From Candidatus Falkowbacteria bacterium (GTDB lineage: Bacteria > Patescibacteriota > Patescibacteriia > Patescibacteriales > WJLG01), in NCBI GenBank assembly GCA_963747695.1, contig CAVVFV010000010.1, positions 5,618-69,617 of the forward strand: a stretch of 64,000 bases of DNA, written 5' to 3'. The notes under the pieces were generated by a model. The model saw nothing but the letters and a program-made list of their open reading frames with translations. It did no database searches and was not told the DNA's origin. The first letter of the stretch is position 1, and each line of letters opens with the position of its first letter. This document shows, piece by piece, positions 7,040 to 16,520 of this stretch. A program made the translations under genes and the position numbers.

Positions 7040-7867
7040 TTACTTCAGCTTTCCCGGACCGAGCGGATTGTAACCATTCTGGACTTCCGAGCCGTCAGTG
7101 TAGCCGTCGCCGTCGGTGTCCGGATTATTCGGGTCGGTGTGATAGACTTTCACTTCCTGATAATCGGTTAAGCCGTCATTATCCGAATCCGCTTTGTTAG
7201 GATTGGTATGATAGATATTGATCTCATCATAATCGGACAGGCCGTCCCCGTCAGAGTCAAGCGTCGAAGCCGAAGAAGACGCGGAAGATGAAGCGACTAC
7301 CGGAGAAACCGGCGACGTTGTGGCGATTGGTATGACCGGCGTAACGGTCGGCGGGGTCGAGACGACCGGACTCTCTGGAGTCGTCACCGCCGGAGCGGCC
7401 GGTTGTGAAACATTATTCTGATTGACGGGTGATGCCGGAGCGACATTATTGATCACCATCGTTTGGCCGGATTGTTTGGTGAAGATGCCGCTCAAATCGG
7501 AAAATTTGCTTGCCCAGCTCGACGGGTTAGTGATCTCCACTCCCATAAATTTTCCGGCGATGAAAATTGCCAGACCGATAATAAGCAAAATTATTACGAT
7601 CGTTATGACCGCTCCCCAGACTTTGCCGGAAGATTTTTCCCTCGGCACGGACGGAATTTTTGCGGCGGGCGAAGCGGCGCCCGGCATTTTCGGCGCGGCG
7701 CCGATATCCTTGACGCCGGCAAACATATCTTCAACCGGCGCGGTTTTTGGAGCCGGAAAAGATCCGGCCGCCGGCATTGCCGGAGCATTACTCCCCGCTC
7801 CCGGAGCCGAAGCCGTGGTTTTACCGGTTAAATTTTGCCCCTGATTTTGATCTAAATTTTCAAACAT
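7040..7867 (-). CDS. single-pass membrane protein with TSP3-like Ca-binding repeats
   Basis: 275 aa. TM helix 'VWGAVITIVIILLIIGLAIFIAG'. Three DxDxDGxxDxxE repeats ('DSDGDGLSDYDE', 'DSDNDGLTDYQE', 'DTDGDGYTDGSE'). Same architecture as 5289..6413. Confidence 0.7.
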   Translation of the reverse strand: MFENLDQNQGQNLTGKTTASAPGAGSNAPAMPAAGSFPAPKTAPVEDMFAGVKDIGAAPKMPGAASPAAKIPSVPREKSSGKVWGAVITIVIILLIIGLAIFIAGKFMGVEITNPSSWASKFSDLSGIFTKQSGQTMVINNVAPASPVNQNNVSQPAAPAVTTPESPVVSTPPTVTPVIPIATTSPVSPVVASSSASSSASTLDSDGDGLSDYDEINIYHTNPNKADSDNDGLTDYQEVKVYHTDPNNPDTDGDGYTDGSEVQNGYNPLGPGKLK

Positions 7868-8008
7868 AACGATTTATTTAGCATGCGACATATTAAATGC
7901 GACATGTAATATTAATATTTTTTATTTTATTCACTAAGATCAGGGAACATAGAACATGGATCAAAGATCATTTTTTATTGTTCTTTGCTCTATGATCTAT
8001 GCTCTTCG

Positions 8009-11000
8009 CTATTGGCTCTGGCAGGTTCCATTGGTACCGCAGGACGAACCGGCGGCTTTGCCATTACAGGCGTTTTTAGCGGCAGCCGGATCGGAACAGA
8101 CAATATTCTTACCGAAAAAATAAGATTCTTTCAGCAAGTCTTGGCAAGTTCCGCCCGCGCCGCAAGCCGCGCCGACCGGCAAACCGGTGCAGGTACCCGG
8201 AGCGTTAGTATCAGTACAATCCAAATTCGAACCAAGCGAAGTGACCGGATTGGTTACCGTGGGCAGATCGGCAGCGCTGCCGCCATTGTCGCGGCAATAA
8301 TACAATTCATAATTCATCGGATTGCAGACGGAATTCAGCGGATTCGTCGGGGACTTGACGCAGCCGCCGCCCAAAACCGCATCCAAAGTATCAAACCAGG
8401 GGCGCCAAGGAATTCCTTGCGACTGCAGATTATCCGGCCAGGTGGAAGAACACATAAAGACATAAACATCAGCCGTGCTTGAGGCGTTAGGATTTGGCAC
8501 GCTTTGATTGACATCCGTGAAAGTTCGAGTGTCGGTCAGATAAACTTTGGCTAAAAGCTGGGCTTGGGCATCGACAACTCCCGCTACCGCCCGAACCAAT
8601 TGCTCCGGAGCAACATAATCAAAAGGCTGAATAATGCCATTGTTGTTATTATTAACGAAATTGACCGCCAGGGTATTGCCGTTCTGCCAACTCCAAGTCC
8701 AGGAATATCCCTTTACCGGATGAAGGACCTGATCGTCGGCGGACAAGGCGGCGGCGGTGAAAGCTTTATCGTTGTCGGCAGCCGTATCAAAAGTCTTCGA
8801 GGTAGGATCGTTGTCGTTTTCATTCAAATCACTGTTGGAGTGATTGATCAGATAAGAATCGGGGGAAATAGAAACGTGGTCAATGCCGCAAATGCCGTCA
8901 TCTTCGCCGCTGGCTTGTTTGGTCTTGAACCACCAAAGGTAAGAATTAGTGAAAGCGACACCGTCAAATTGAGAGTAATTGGCCACCGGACTAGCGGAAC
9001 CAAAAACATTCAAGCCGATATCCCAGTAACTTAATACGGCGCCGGTAGTGGTGGACAGATCATGCACACCCCTGACCACGGCATAATAAACAGTGTCCGG
9101 TTCAAGGACGATCGAAGGTTGGAAATTAAGGATCGTCTTATTATCCCCTTCCTCGGCGCTGGAAACATTTCCCGGCACGGAGCAATAAAGATGAGAATTA
9201 TCCGGCACATTCGCGAGGCTCTGCTTACCAAACAGCCAGGTTAAATGTTCGCGCGCATCAGCCAGCAATTTGTCGTAAGTTTTCTCAAAAATATTTTTAT
9301 TCTGCAGGCTCACGTTCGCCGTTCCGATCTGGGTCGTGCCCGAGGCGCACTTGGCGTCGCCCGCCACTTCCTCGATTAAAATAAAATCATCATTAAAACT
9401 TCCGGTGTCCATCTTTTGATTGAAAGACACGCCCAAGTCGGCGTTGGTGCAAACATTGGTTACGCCGTTATCAGGCGTGATGGTGGAAACGCTGGGACGG
9501 GCGCGGCAGCAGGAATCCATGCCGCAGCCTTGATAATCCGGTGTTGCTCCCGGCGGAACGCAGCTGTCATTGCCTTGGCAGCCGCAGCAAAGTCCGCGGC
9601 TATCGCCCGAGCAAGGAGTCTGATTCTTTCGGCAGGACAAAGCGGAATTCAAACCCAAATCATGACAAGCGTCGTAAGTGGAGGCATCGGTTTTATCCGC
9701 TCCGATTTTAGTCGGATCGCAGCAGCAGAAGCCGCAACCGGCCGCGGCCGGTTTATCCGGAGCTTTCGCTCCGTTGTCGAGGAGACAACTGAAAGGACCG
9801 GAGCAGATGCCTAAATTGCAAGTATCAGGCTGGTTCTGATTTTGGCAGCTGACGCCCAAGAGAGAATTGGAAGATCCGCATTTATCATTGCACTCGGCCG
9901 AGGAAGGGAAGAATGGGCTGGCCGGCAAACTGGTCGGAGTCGAACAGCCGGCGGCATTATCGCCGCACTGAAAATAACCGCAAAAAGTACTGCCTTGATA
10001 ATTCACGATCGGTAATATATCGCCCAATGTATTGTCATAAGATAAATTCTTACAATTGCCGCTTTGCCGATCAACGCAGCAAGCGCCGGAATGATCGCGG
10101 CAGGAAGCGGCATCGGACATCGCCGCGCAATCGCGGCAAACTCCGTCGGGAAAATTAGTAGTGTCAGAGGTATCGCAGAATTGCCCGGTATGCGCGGCGC
10201 AACTGCAGGCCGCATCGGAACCGGCAACGTCTACCTGGCCGGCATTCGGACCGGAAGAGAAAAGTTTTTTGCAGCCGCCGCAAGAACCGTAAGTCGTCGG
10301 ATTGGCCTTGCCGACATCGCTGCCGCAAGTCCCCTCGCATTTCAAGGGAGCACAACAATCCTGGTTGGCATTGGCTTTCTGACAGCAGCAAGGACAAGTA
10401 TTCCCTGGAGCTTTTTCGCATTGTCCGCTGACGCAAGTTGAACCGCCGGCGCAGACCTCACTCGCCGAACCGCAAACGCCTTGATGCGAAGCGGGCTGGC
10501 TCGGATCGGCCAAACAGTCTTGCTTGGCATTGAGGCAGATCGAGCACGGGGTCGCGGTGTCGACACAAACCGGGATGCCCTGAACATCAATGCCGCGAAG
10601 ATTGAATTTTGCCGAACAGCGGGGACCGGCCTTATACATATAATAGTAGAAGAGATTATTGCTCACATCTTTATAAGCGCCGCAATAAGTATCATGAGAG
10701 TTGCCCAAATCATCGACGGTGGTGCTGGCTAAATCGCAAACCTCGCTATGGCCGCCGGTATTTTCCACACATCTGTTGAGTTGAGAACTATAAACGCAGG
10801 TGCCGGAGTCACAACCGGGCTGATCCTGGCAATGCGAATCATCGCAATTAACTGTCGGCGAAAAAGGCTGCAAAACAGGACTGCCGGTTAAAGGCGAACA
10901 CTCGCCCGGAACATTGGGACAAGTCAGTCCCAAAGTGCAGGCGCCGGTCGCGTTACTTATTTCCTCACAGCTTCCCGGAGCAGTCGGGGAAGCAATCGGC

Positions 11001-13333
11001 GTAACATTGGTGCTGAATTTGAATTCGTAAACCGAGGTCGAAGCGGTCGCCGAACAATCAGTGGTTAGGTTAGCCACGCAAGTGCCGGCTTTGGCGGTAT
11101 CAGCCCCGCAGCAATGTTCGTCCGCGCCGCAAGCCGTATCCTGTTTCGGCGCGTCAAGACAACTGCCGACGGAAAAATTCAAGCCATTGCCTTCCAAAGC
11201 GTTGGCGGGCGAGGAAGCATTTTTGACTACGGTCACCGGACCGGTGGCGGCCGACGACGGTACAGCCGTGGTGATCGTATTCGGCGTGTTATCGCCATCC
11301 CAGGTAAGCTTGGCAGCGCCGCTCACTGGTTGATTATGAAAAAATCTGACCAGACTGTTGGATTCATCAAAGGTGGAAAAATATTCTCCCCAGAGATTAA
11401 CTTGCGTACCGACAACTCCGATTACCGGGCTGATCTTGCAGAGCGACGGCTTCAACGGCAAGCTCGTGTCAACTTTGAAACTTTGCGGCGTCGCGCCCGC
11501 CGAGGTCAGCGTCTGGCCGTTTTCCAATTTGACCGTTAAAATATCATTAAAATTCGAAAACTTTGGATCAGTACTGACTGGCACCTTAACAATAATCTGC
11601 TGATCGCTCCAAGTACTATCTTTGCAGACAGGTGGGAAATCGAGATCGGCTAGCGTACCATTAGTGACGGTGCCGAAATAGACCTGGCTCTTACCCTGGA
11701 TGTTGCCGAAGCCGTTGCCGCGGATGGTAACGTATTGTCCGATATTGCCGGTAACCGGTTCAAAGGATGAAATAAAAGCGCCCAAGGCCGGCGTAGAACT
11801 GTTGGTAAAAGCGAGATAGTTGCTATTCTGCTGGCTGTCGGAATTATAGACAAAGGTGGTGGTCTGGCCCGGATTGAAATTAGGAACGATCGCCGAGCCG
11901 GCATTGCTGCCGAAAGCCGAATTGACCCCCATAATCGAGGCGCCGTAACTGCCGAAATCGGCCGCGGCCGCCGAGCTGAAATTGACGCCATTATAAAAAA
12001 CGCTGCTGCCCAGTTTGCCTTCGGGCGTTACCTGGCAAAGGCCGGGCCGGGTTATCGAATTCACGACAAAATCTTTTATTTTCGGTCCGCGCGAATCATT
12101 GGTTAAATCGGTTTTGTCATCAATGGTGGTTACCCTGATCGGTCCGTCTTTGGCGCCTACCGGAACGACGATGATGATCTGATTGGCAGCCCAGGACGAA
12201 ACGCAATTGCGATTGGCGGTTTTAGGAAGATCGCCGGCCACGAAACCGCCGGCGCCGTTGGAAAATTCCACTGTGCCGGTAGCATCGCCGAAATATTGTC
12301 CGCCGAGAGAAATAATATTACCCACGGCGCCGTTGGGCGCGGCAGTATCACAAGTCGAACCCGGACAATCAGTATCTTTAGTACAAATCTTATTATGGTC
12401 GCTATCGCAAAAACCGCCGACCGGACTCACCCAATCGATGACCGGATATTCCTCGCAAGTGCAAGCTTTAGCGCCGGTGGTTTCGCAGGTCAAATTATTG
12501 GAGCAAAGATTACTGTCCGGCCGGCAAACTCCGGCCGTGGTAGTGGCATTACAGGGAGCGCCGACTCCGACCGAAGGAGCGCATTGGCAAGTGCCAAAAT
12601 CGCAAGCCGAATTATTATAGCAATTATCAATCGCTTGGCAGCCGGGCGCCGAATTCACATCACAGGGTCCGCCGTCGTTCGCTTGCGGCTGGCAAGTACA
12701 AGGGTCGGCCGCGTTAGGATCGCAAAAATGGGTGCTATCGCAAGCGCCGTTATCTTCACATACTCCGGGCGTAGTCGCGCCATTGCATGAAGTTCCGGTG
12801 CCGCCGGCCGTCGGGCACAAGCAAGTAGACATATCGCAAGAACCGACATCGCAGACGCCGCCGCAGGCGCCCAACGCCGCGGTGCCGCCGCACGGCTGGC
12901 CGGCTCCGCCCGTTCCGGGTAAGATCGAACCGCCGCCGCCGGTAGTAGTGCCGGTGGTGCTGACGCCGGTCGCATTTAAAATTGAGTTAAGGATAAAGGT
13001 GGCGATGGCGAAAGCCGAAAGGATGATCAGTAAACCGATCACTGCCGAAACCAGAACTTTTTTGGCCGTGGTGATCTTTTCTTCGTCGCCGGAGGCCGTC
13101 ATCCATAAAAATCCGCCGTAGATTATCAAGCCGATGGCGATCACGCCTAAAAATCCCAAAGCGATCCGGATAATATTGCCGACGATCAGCCGCGGATCGG
13201 TCGCCACCAATCCGGTGGCATTGCCATAGCTTAAGCCCAAATCCGCCCCCTGGGCCAACGCCAAACCGGCAAAGGCGAAAAGGCCAGCTAAAAGAGTTAG
13301 GGCTATAATTATTTTTTTTGATGGTTCAGACAT
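8009..13333 (-). CDS. giant cysteine-rich surface protein with N-terminal TrbC/VirB2-like 'pilin' module and IPT/TIG- and SbsA-like Ig domains
   Basis: 1,774 aa from the ATG at 13333 (the track start at 13339 is GTG). N-terminus 'YGNATGL..TDPRLI...YGGFLWMTASGDEEKITTAKKVL..IGLLIILSAFAIATFILN'. Two Cys-dense blocks at about 12440..12900 and 9500..11160. Ig-like segments lie between them. Confidence 0.85.
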   Translation of the reverse strand: MSEPSKKIIIALTLLAGLFAFAGLALAQGADLGLSYGNATGLVATDPRLIVGNIIRIALGFLGVIAIGLIIYGGFLWMTASGDEEKITTAKKVLVSAVIGLLIILSAFAIATFILNSILNATGVSTTGTTTGGGGSILPGTGGAGQPCGGTAALGACGGVCDVGSCDMSTCLCPTAGGTGTSCNGATTPGVCEDNGACDSTHFCDPNAADPCTCQPQANDGGPCDVNSAPGCQAIDNCYNNSACDFGTCQCAPSVGVGAPCNATTTAGVCRPDSNLCSNNLTCETTGAKACTCEEYPVIDWVSPVGGFCDSDHNKICTKDTDCPGSTCDTAAPNGAVGNIISLGGQYFGDATGTVEFSNGAGGFVAGDLPKTANRNCVSSWAANQIIIVVPVGAKDGPIRVTTIDDKTDLTNDSRGPKIKDFVVNSITRPGLCQVTPEGKLGSSVFYNGVNFSSAAAADFGSYGASIMGVNSAFGSNAGSAIVPNFNPGQTTTFVYNSDSQQNSNYLAFTNSSTPALGAFISSFEPVTGNIGQYVTIRGNGFGNIQGKSQVYFGTVTNGTLADLDFPPVCKDSTWSDQQIIVKVPVSTDPKFSNFNDILTVKLENGQTLTSAGATPQSFKVDTSLPLKPSLCKISPVIGVVGTQVNLWGEYFSTFDESNSLVRFFHNQPVSGAAKLTWDGDNTPNTITTAVPSSAATGPVTVVKNASSPANALEGNGLNFSVGSCLDAPKQDTACGADEHCCGADTAKAGTCVANLTTDCSATASTSVYEFKFSTNVTPIASPTAPGSCEEISNATGACTLGLTCPNVPGECSPLTGSPVLQPFSPTVNCDDSHCQDQPGCDSGTCVYSSQLNRCVENTGGHSEVCDLASTTVDDLGNSHDTYCGAYKDVSNNLFYYYMYKAGPRCSAKFNLRGIDVQGIPVCVDTATPCSICLNAKQDCLADPSQPASHQGVCGSASEVCAGGSTCVSGQCEKAPGNTCPCCCQKANANQDCCAPLKCEGTCGSDVGKANPTTYGSCGGCKKLFSSGPNAGQVDVAGSDAACSCAAHTGQFCDTSDTTNFPDGVCRDCAAMSDAASCRDHSGACCVDRQSGNCKNLSYDNTLGDILPIVNYQGSTFCGYFQCGDNAAGCSTPTSLPASPFFPSSAECNDKCGSSNSLLGVSCQNQNQPDTCNLGICSGPFSCLLDNGAKAPDKPAAAGCGFCCCDPTKIGADKTDASTYDACHDLGLNSALSCRKNQTPCSGDSRGLCCGCQGNDSCVPPGATPDYQGCGMDSCCRARPSVSTITPDNGVTNVCTNADLGVSFNQKMDTGSFNDDFILIEEVAGDAKCASGTTQIGTANVSLQNKNIFEKTYDKLLADAREHLTWLFGKQSLANVPDNSHLYCSVPGNVSSAEEGDNKTILNFQPSIVLEPDTVYYAVVRGVHDLSTTTGAVLSYWDIGLNVFGSASPVANYSQFDGVAFTNSYLWWFKTKQASGEDDGICGIDHVSISPDSYLINHSNSDLNENDNDPTSKTFDTAADNDKAFTAAALSADDQVLHPVKGYSWTWSWQNGNTLAVNFVNNNNNGIIQPFDYVAPEQLVRAVAGVVDAQAQLLAKVYLTDTRTFTDVNQSVPNPNASSTADVYVFMCSSTWPDNLQSQGIPWRPWFDTLDAVLGGGCVKSPTNPLNSVCNPMNYELYYCRDNGGSAADLPTVTNPVTSLGSNLDCTDTNAPGTCTGLPVGAACGAGGTCQDLLKESYFFGKNIVCSDPAAAKNACNGKAAGSSCGTNGTCQSQ

Positions 13334-13342
13334 TGACACGCT

Positions 13343-13440
13343 TTATAATTTTTTAATTTTTAAAGAAATCCTAATTTTTAATTTTTTTAAAAATTAAGCC
13401 TTAAAAATTCTTTAAAAATTACAAAATTACAAAATTAAAT
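13343..13440. repeat. AT-rich inverted-repeat element, copy 2
   Basis: Shares its core with copy 1. Shares both termini with copy 3 ('ttataattttttaatttttaaa' and 'tttaaaaattacaaaatt'). Confidence 0.75.
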
Positions 13441-13446
13441 CTTCTC

Positions 13447-16400
13447 CTAGGGGCAATCTCCGTTGGCGTCCAATTTACTCGTCGCCACGCCGTAACAGCA
13501 GGAAGGCTGCGTTGTCGAAACATTCTTGCAGGTCGACTGATCGCCGGACGGTTTGAAACAATTTTCATGGATATCGCGCACCGCCGAACCGGCCTGGGCG
13601 CGGTAATCGGAAGATTCGCCGAAATCGCTATGCTTGATGATCGCATTGGTCTGGATCGGCGCGTTACCGCCAAAAAGCGTTTCGGTTTGGATCCAATAGC
13701 CGATCGGATTATCCGCCACATTCCAGAGGTTGATATTCTTATGAGTAACTGGCCCTTGGCCGGTATCAATCACAGTCGAGCCGGTAACCAAAGTGGAAGC
13801 CATCATCAATTTATTGAAATTGATTTTGATATCCTGGCTCAACTTCGGCACTTCGCCCGCGGCCGGTGAAACCGACGTCACGATCGGCGCCGAAATATCC
13901 ATCTGATCATTGACATAAAAACTCCAGGAAAAATTATCGCCGTTGGCGCAATAATAAGTAGGGATATTCACCTGGCCACAAGTGGCGGAACTGACCGCGT
14001 CTTGTCGGCAAGCGACATAACCTGGTTCATTTTCGTTCTCGTCAAAGATAAAAAGATTTCCCGAGCTATCTTTGACGGCGCCAGGCAAACCGATGTCTTT
14101 CATTTCCTTATTCATCAAATTCAGGCATCCCGTCGCACCTAGGGCGGTACATCCACCGACAGTATAATATTTGTAATTTCCGGCGTCGGGGCCGGTAATT
14201 TCTCCCAATACTTTGTCCTGTTTGATTCGGGCGGCGATCACGGCCTGGATGATCGTTGAAAAATTATCCTGGCAAGACTGATTATTGGAATAGATCGGCG
14301 GATTATCGCTGTAAGTCGCGGCCGGACCGTCGGCAAAACTATTCCGGTCGCCGTCCAAAGAATTGAAAGCCGCGTCAGTCACGCCATCCGGCCCGCCAGC
14401 TGGCGCGGCCTGAATATTGGCCGCGGGATAGCGGCGGACTTCGGGAGCGGTGGCAGCATAATTGCCGCCCAGATTCTCACTGCAAATATTATTGATGCAT
14501 TGATCGTAGGCTTTGCCATTGACATTCTTAGCGGCGCAATCGGCATTAGTATCGCAATGCGCCAAACTCGCCGCTTTGATAACGACTTCAAGGTGGCTGT
14601 TGGGCGGCAGACAATAGATCGGTTCGCCGCAACCATTGACGCCGCAAGGGACATTACTGGTGAACTCCACGGTCTGATAAAGATTGGCGATGGCGAAAGT
14701 TCCTTGCAAATATTCGTTGCTGCCGGCGCAAATTTTATTGGAACAAGTGAAAGATTTACAGTCAGCGGCCTGCGCGCAACCGCCGCCAGCGGACTTGGCG
14801 TTCGGATCGGCATTGACCACTTGAATTGCTGAAGCGTCAGTGGCGGCCCCGGCCACATTGGACGGCAAGATCGGCTCATTGAAATTTATCTGGATGACCG
14901 TGTTCATCGGCTGGTCAGGCTGGTTGCCGGCCGTGCTGACGTTGGGGTCGGCCGTGCTTGAACCGTCATCGCCGCCTTTCATATTAGTAATCGAGAGCGC
15001 GCCGGAATTATCCGGAGAATTAAAAGATAGGTTGATATTATTACCGGCCGCGCCGGCAGCGGCCGCCGAAACCGTTACTTGAGCGCCGGAAACCGCAACC
15101 GTGATGTCGGTCTGTTTGCCTAAAGCGGCGGCAATATTATTCGCCGTATCCGCGGCTGTCGCGCCCACGGCGATTTCATTATCCTGAGTCGATTTTTTTA
15201 CAAAAGTATAAACGAGCGATCCTGCTTGCAAAGAATCGGCCTGTCGGGCGGCCGTAATCGTAACTGTCCAGGCATCGCCGGCCTTGACATCAGCGTGAGC
15301 AGTCAGAGAAAAAGGATATTTACCGGTAAAGAAAACTGTCCGGCCGCTAAAGATGGCTGAGCCTAAATTTGATCCGTCAATCAATGTCGCCGTAGCAGTT
15401 AATCCGTCCGGCAAAACAACTACTTTGATAACTGCGCTTAAATCGGCATTTTGATTCACCGTGGTATCAGCGTCAGGAGTAGGCGAAGCTGAAACTGTTT
15501 TGGCCGCCGAACTGGTAGCTGCCACAAAATATTGCGGCGGTTTGCGGCAGATGCCGGCATTGACCGTGATTGAGCCGACCGCGCGCGCGGCGAAAACCAG
15601 GTTAGCATTATCCCGGCCGTTGTCCGGCGGCGGAAAGACTCCGCTTGAAACAACCTGCGGCGGAGTAAGATCGATCTTATTGGAAACTTGGAATTGCCAA
15701 TTCAAACTGCCGGCGCAACCGGAACCGCTAAAAGCCGAGCTATGGTCGCTCGTCCGCGTAATCCCGCCGAGCAGATTGACCGTGTACCAGACATTGTCCG
15801 TTTCCGAACCCAAATATTGCGCGGGAATAAAAGTAAATGTTTTATTATTATCGGAAGATATTACTTTGGTATCAATTAAAGGATTGCCGCTGTCGCTGGA
15901 TTTATAAATTTGGACGTTGGTCGTATTGATCGTCGAACCGGCGGCGCAATTTCCACTGGCATCGACGGAAGCGCAAACGGTTTTTGCATCGACCGATTCC
16001 TTGAAAGTGATGAAGATCGCCGTATTCCGCGGCACTGCCATCTGATTGGGCACCGGATAGACATTCTGGACGCTGCATTCGCCGATCGCTCCGGCGCCGT
16101 TGATCCCTCCCCCGGGCGGTCCGGAGGGATTATTGCCGGCTCCTCCGCCGGCTCCGGTCGCGCCCAACAATTGGTTCAAAATAAAAGTCGCGATGGCAAA
16201 AGCGGAAAGGATGATCAGCAAACCGATAATGGCGCTGACCAAAGTCCGCTTGGCCCGGTCGATCTGCTCCTCATTGCCGGCCGCCGTCATCCACAAGAAC
16301 CCGCCGTAAACTATCAAGCCGAGGGCGATGACTCCCAAAAAACCCAAAAAGATCTGGATGATCCGGCCGATGATCAGCCGCGGATCGGTCGCGCCAAGGC

Positions 16401-16518
16401 CGGTGGCATTGCCGTATTCCATGCCCAGGTTGATCTGCGCGGAAGCCAAATGAAAAACAAAAAACACTCCAACCAAAAGAGTTAGCGCGCTAATTATTTT
16501 TTTTGCGGACTTAGGCAT
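13447..16518 (-). CDS. large surface protein, paralog of 8009..13333 (same pilin-like N-terminal module)
   Basis: 1,023 aa from the ATG at 16518 ('MPKSAKKIISALTLL', which aligns with 'MSEPSKKIIIALTLL' of the neighbour). The track start at 16614 runs through the intergenic repeat. The first ~125 aa are about 80% identical by eye to the neighbour. SbsA-like Ig segments and a Cys-containing C-terminus follow. Confidence 0.85.
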   Translation of the reverse strand: MPKSAKKIISALTLLVGVFFVFHLASAQINLGMEYGNATGLGATDPRLIIGRIIQIFLGFLGVIALGLIVYGGFLWMTAAGNEEQIDRAKRTLVSAIIGLLIILSAFAIATFILNQLLGATGAGGGAGNNPSGPPGGGINGAGAIGECSVQNVYPVPNQMAVPRNTAIFITFKESVDAKTVCASVDASGNCAAGSTINTTNVQIYKSSDSGNPLIDTKVISSDNNKTFTFIPAQYLGSETDNVWYTVNLLGGITRTSDHSSAFSGSGCAGSLNWQFQVSNKIDLTPPQVVSSGVFPPPDNGRDNANLVFAARAVGSITVNAGICRKPPQYFVAATSSAAKTVSASPTPDADTTVNQNADLSAVIKVVVLPDGLTATATLIDGSNLGSAIFSGRTVFFTGKYPFSLTAHADVKAGDAWTVTITAARQADSLQAGSLVYTFVKKSTQDNEIAVGATAADTANNIAAALGKQTDITVAVSGAQVTVSAAAAGAAGNNINLSFNSPDNSGALSITNMKGGDDGSSTADPNVSTAGNQPDQPMNTVIQINFNEPILPSNVAGAATDASAIQVVNADPNAKSAGGGCAQAADCKSFTCSNKICAGSNEYLQGTFAIANLYQTVEFTSNVPCGVNGCGEPIYCLPPNSHLEVVIKAASLAHCDTNADCAAKNVNGKAYDQCINNICSENLGGNYAATAPEVRRYPAANIQAAPAGGPDGVTDAAFNSLDGDRNSFADGPAATYSDNPPIYSNNQSCQDNFSTIIQAVIAARIKQDKVLGEITGPDAGNYKYYTVGGCTALGATGCLNLMNKEMKDIGLPGAVKDSSGNLFIFDENENEPGYVACRQDAVSSATCGQVNIPTYYCANGDNFSWSFYVNDQMDISAPIVTSVSPAAGEVPKLSQDIKINFNKLMMASTLVTGSTVIDTGQGPVTHKNINLWNVADNPIGYWIQTETLFGGNAPIQTNAIIKHSDFGESSDYRAQAGSAVRDIHENCFKPSGDQSTCKNVSTTQPSCCYGVATSKLDANGDCP

Positions 16519-16520
16519 TA

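Noticed and set aside
132-7867. A diversity-generating retroelement, suggested by three Avd-like four-helix-bundle genes lying next to surface-protein genes.
   Set aside because: No reverse-transcriptase ORF appears in any frame of the window. I saw no template/variable repeat pair with A-specific mismatches, and none of the neighbouring proteins ends in a C-type-lectin-like VR fold motif. The possibility stays open only if an RT lies outside the window.
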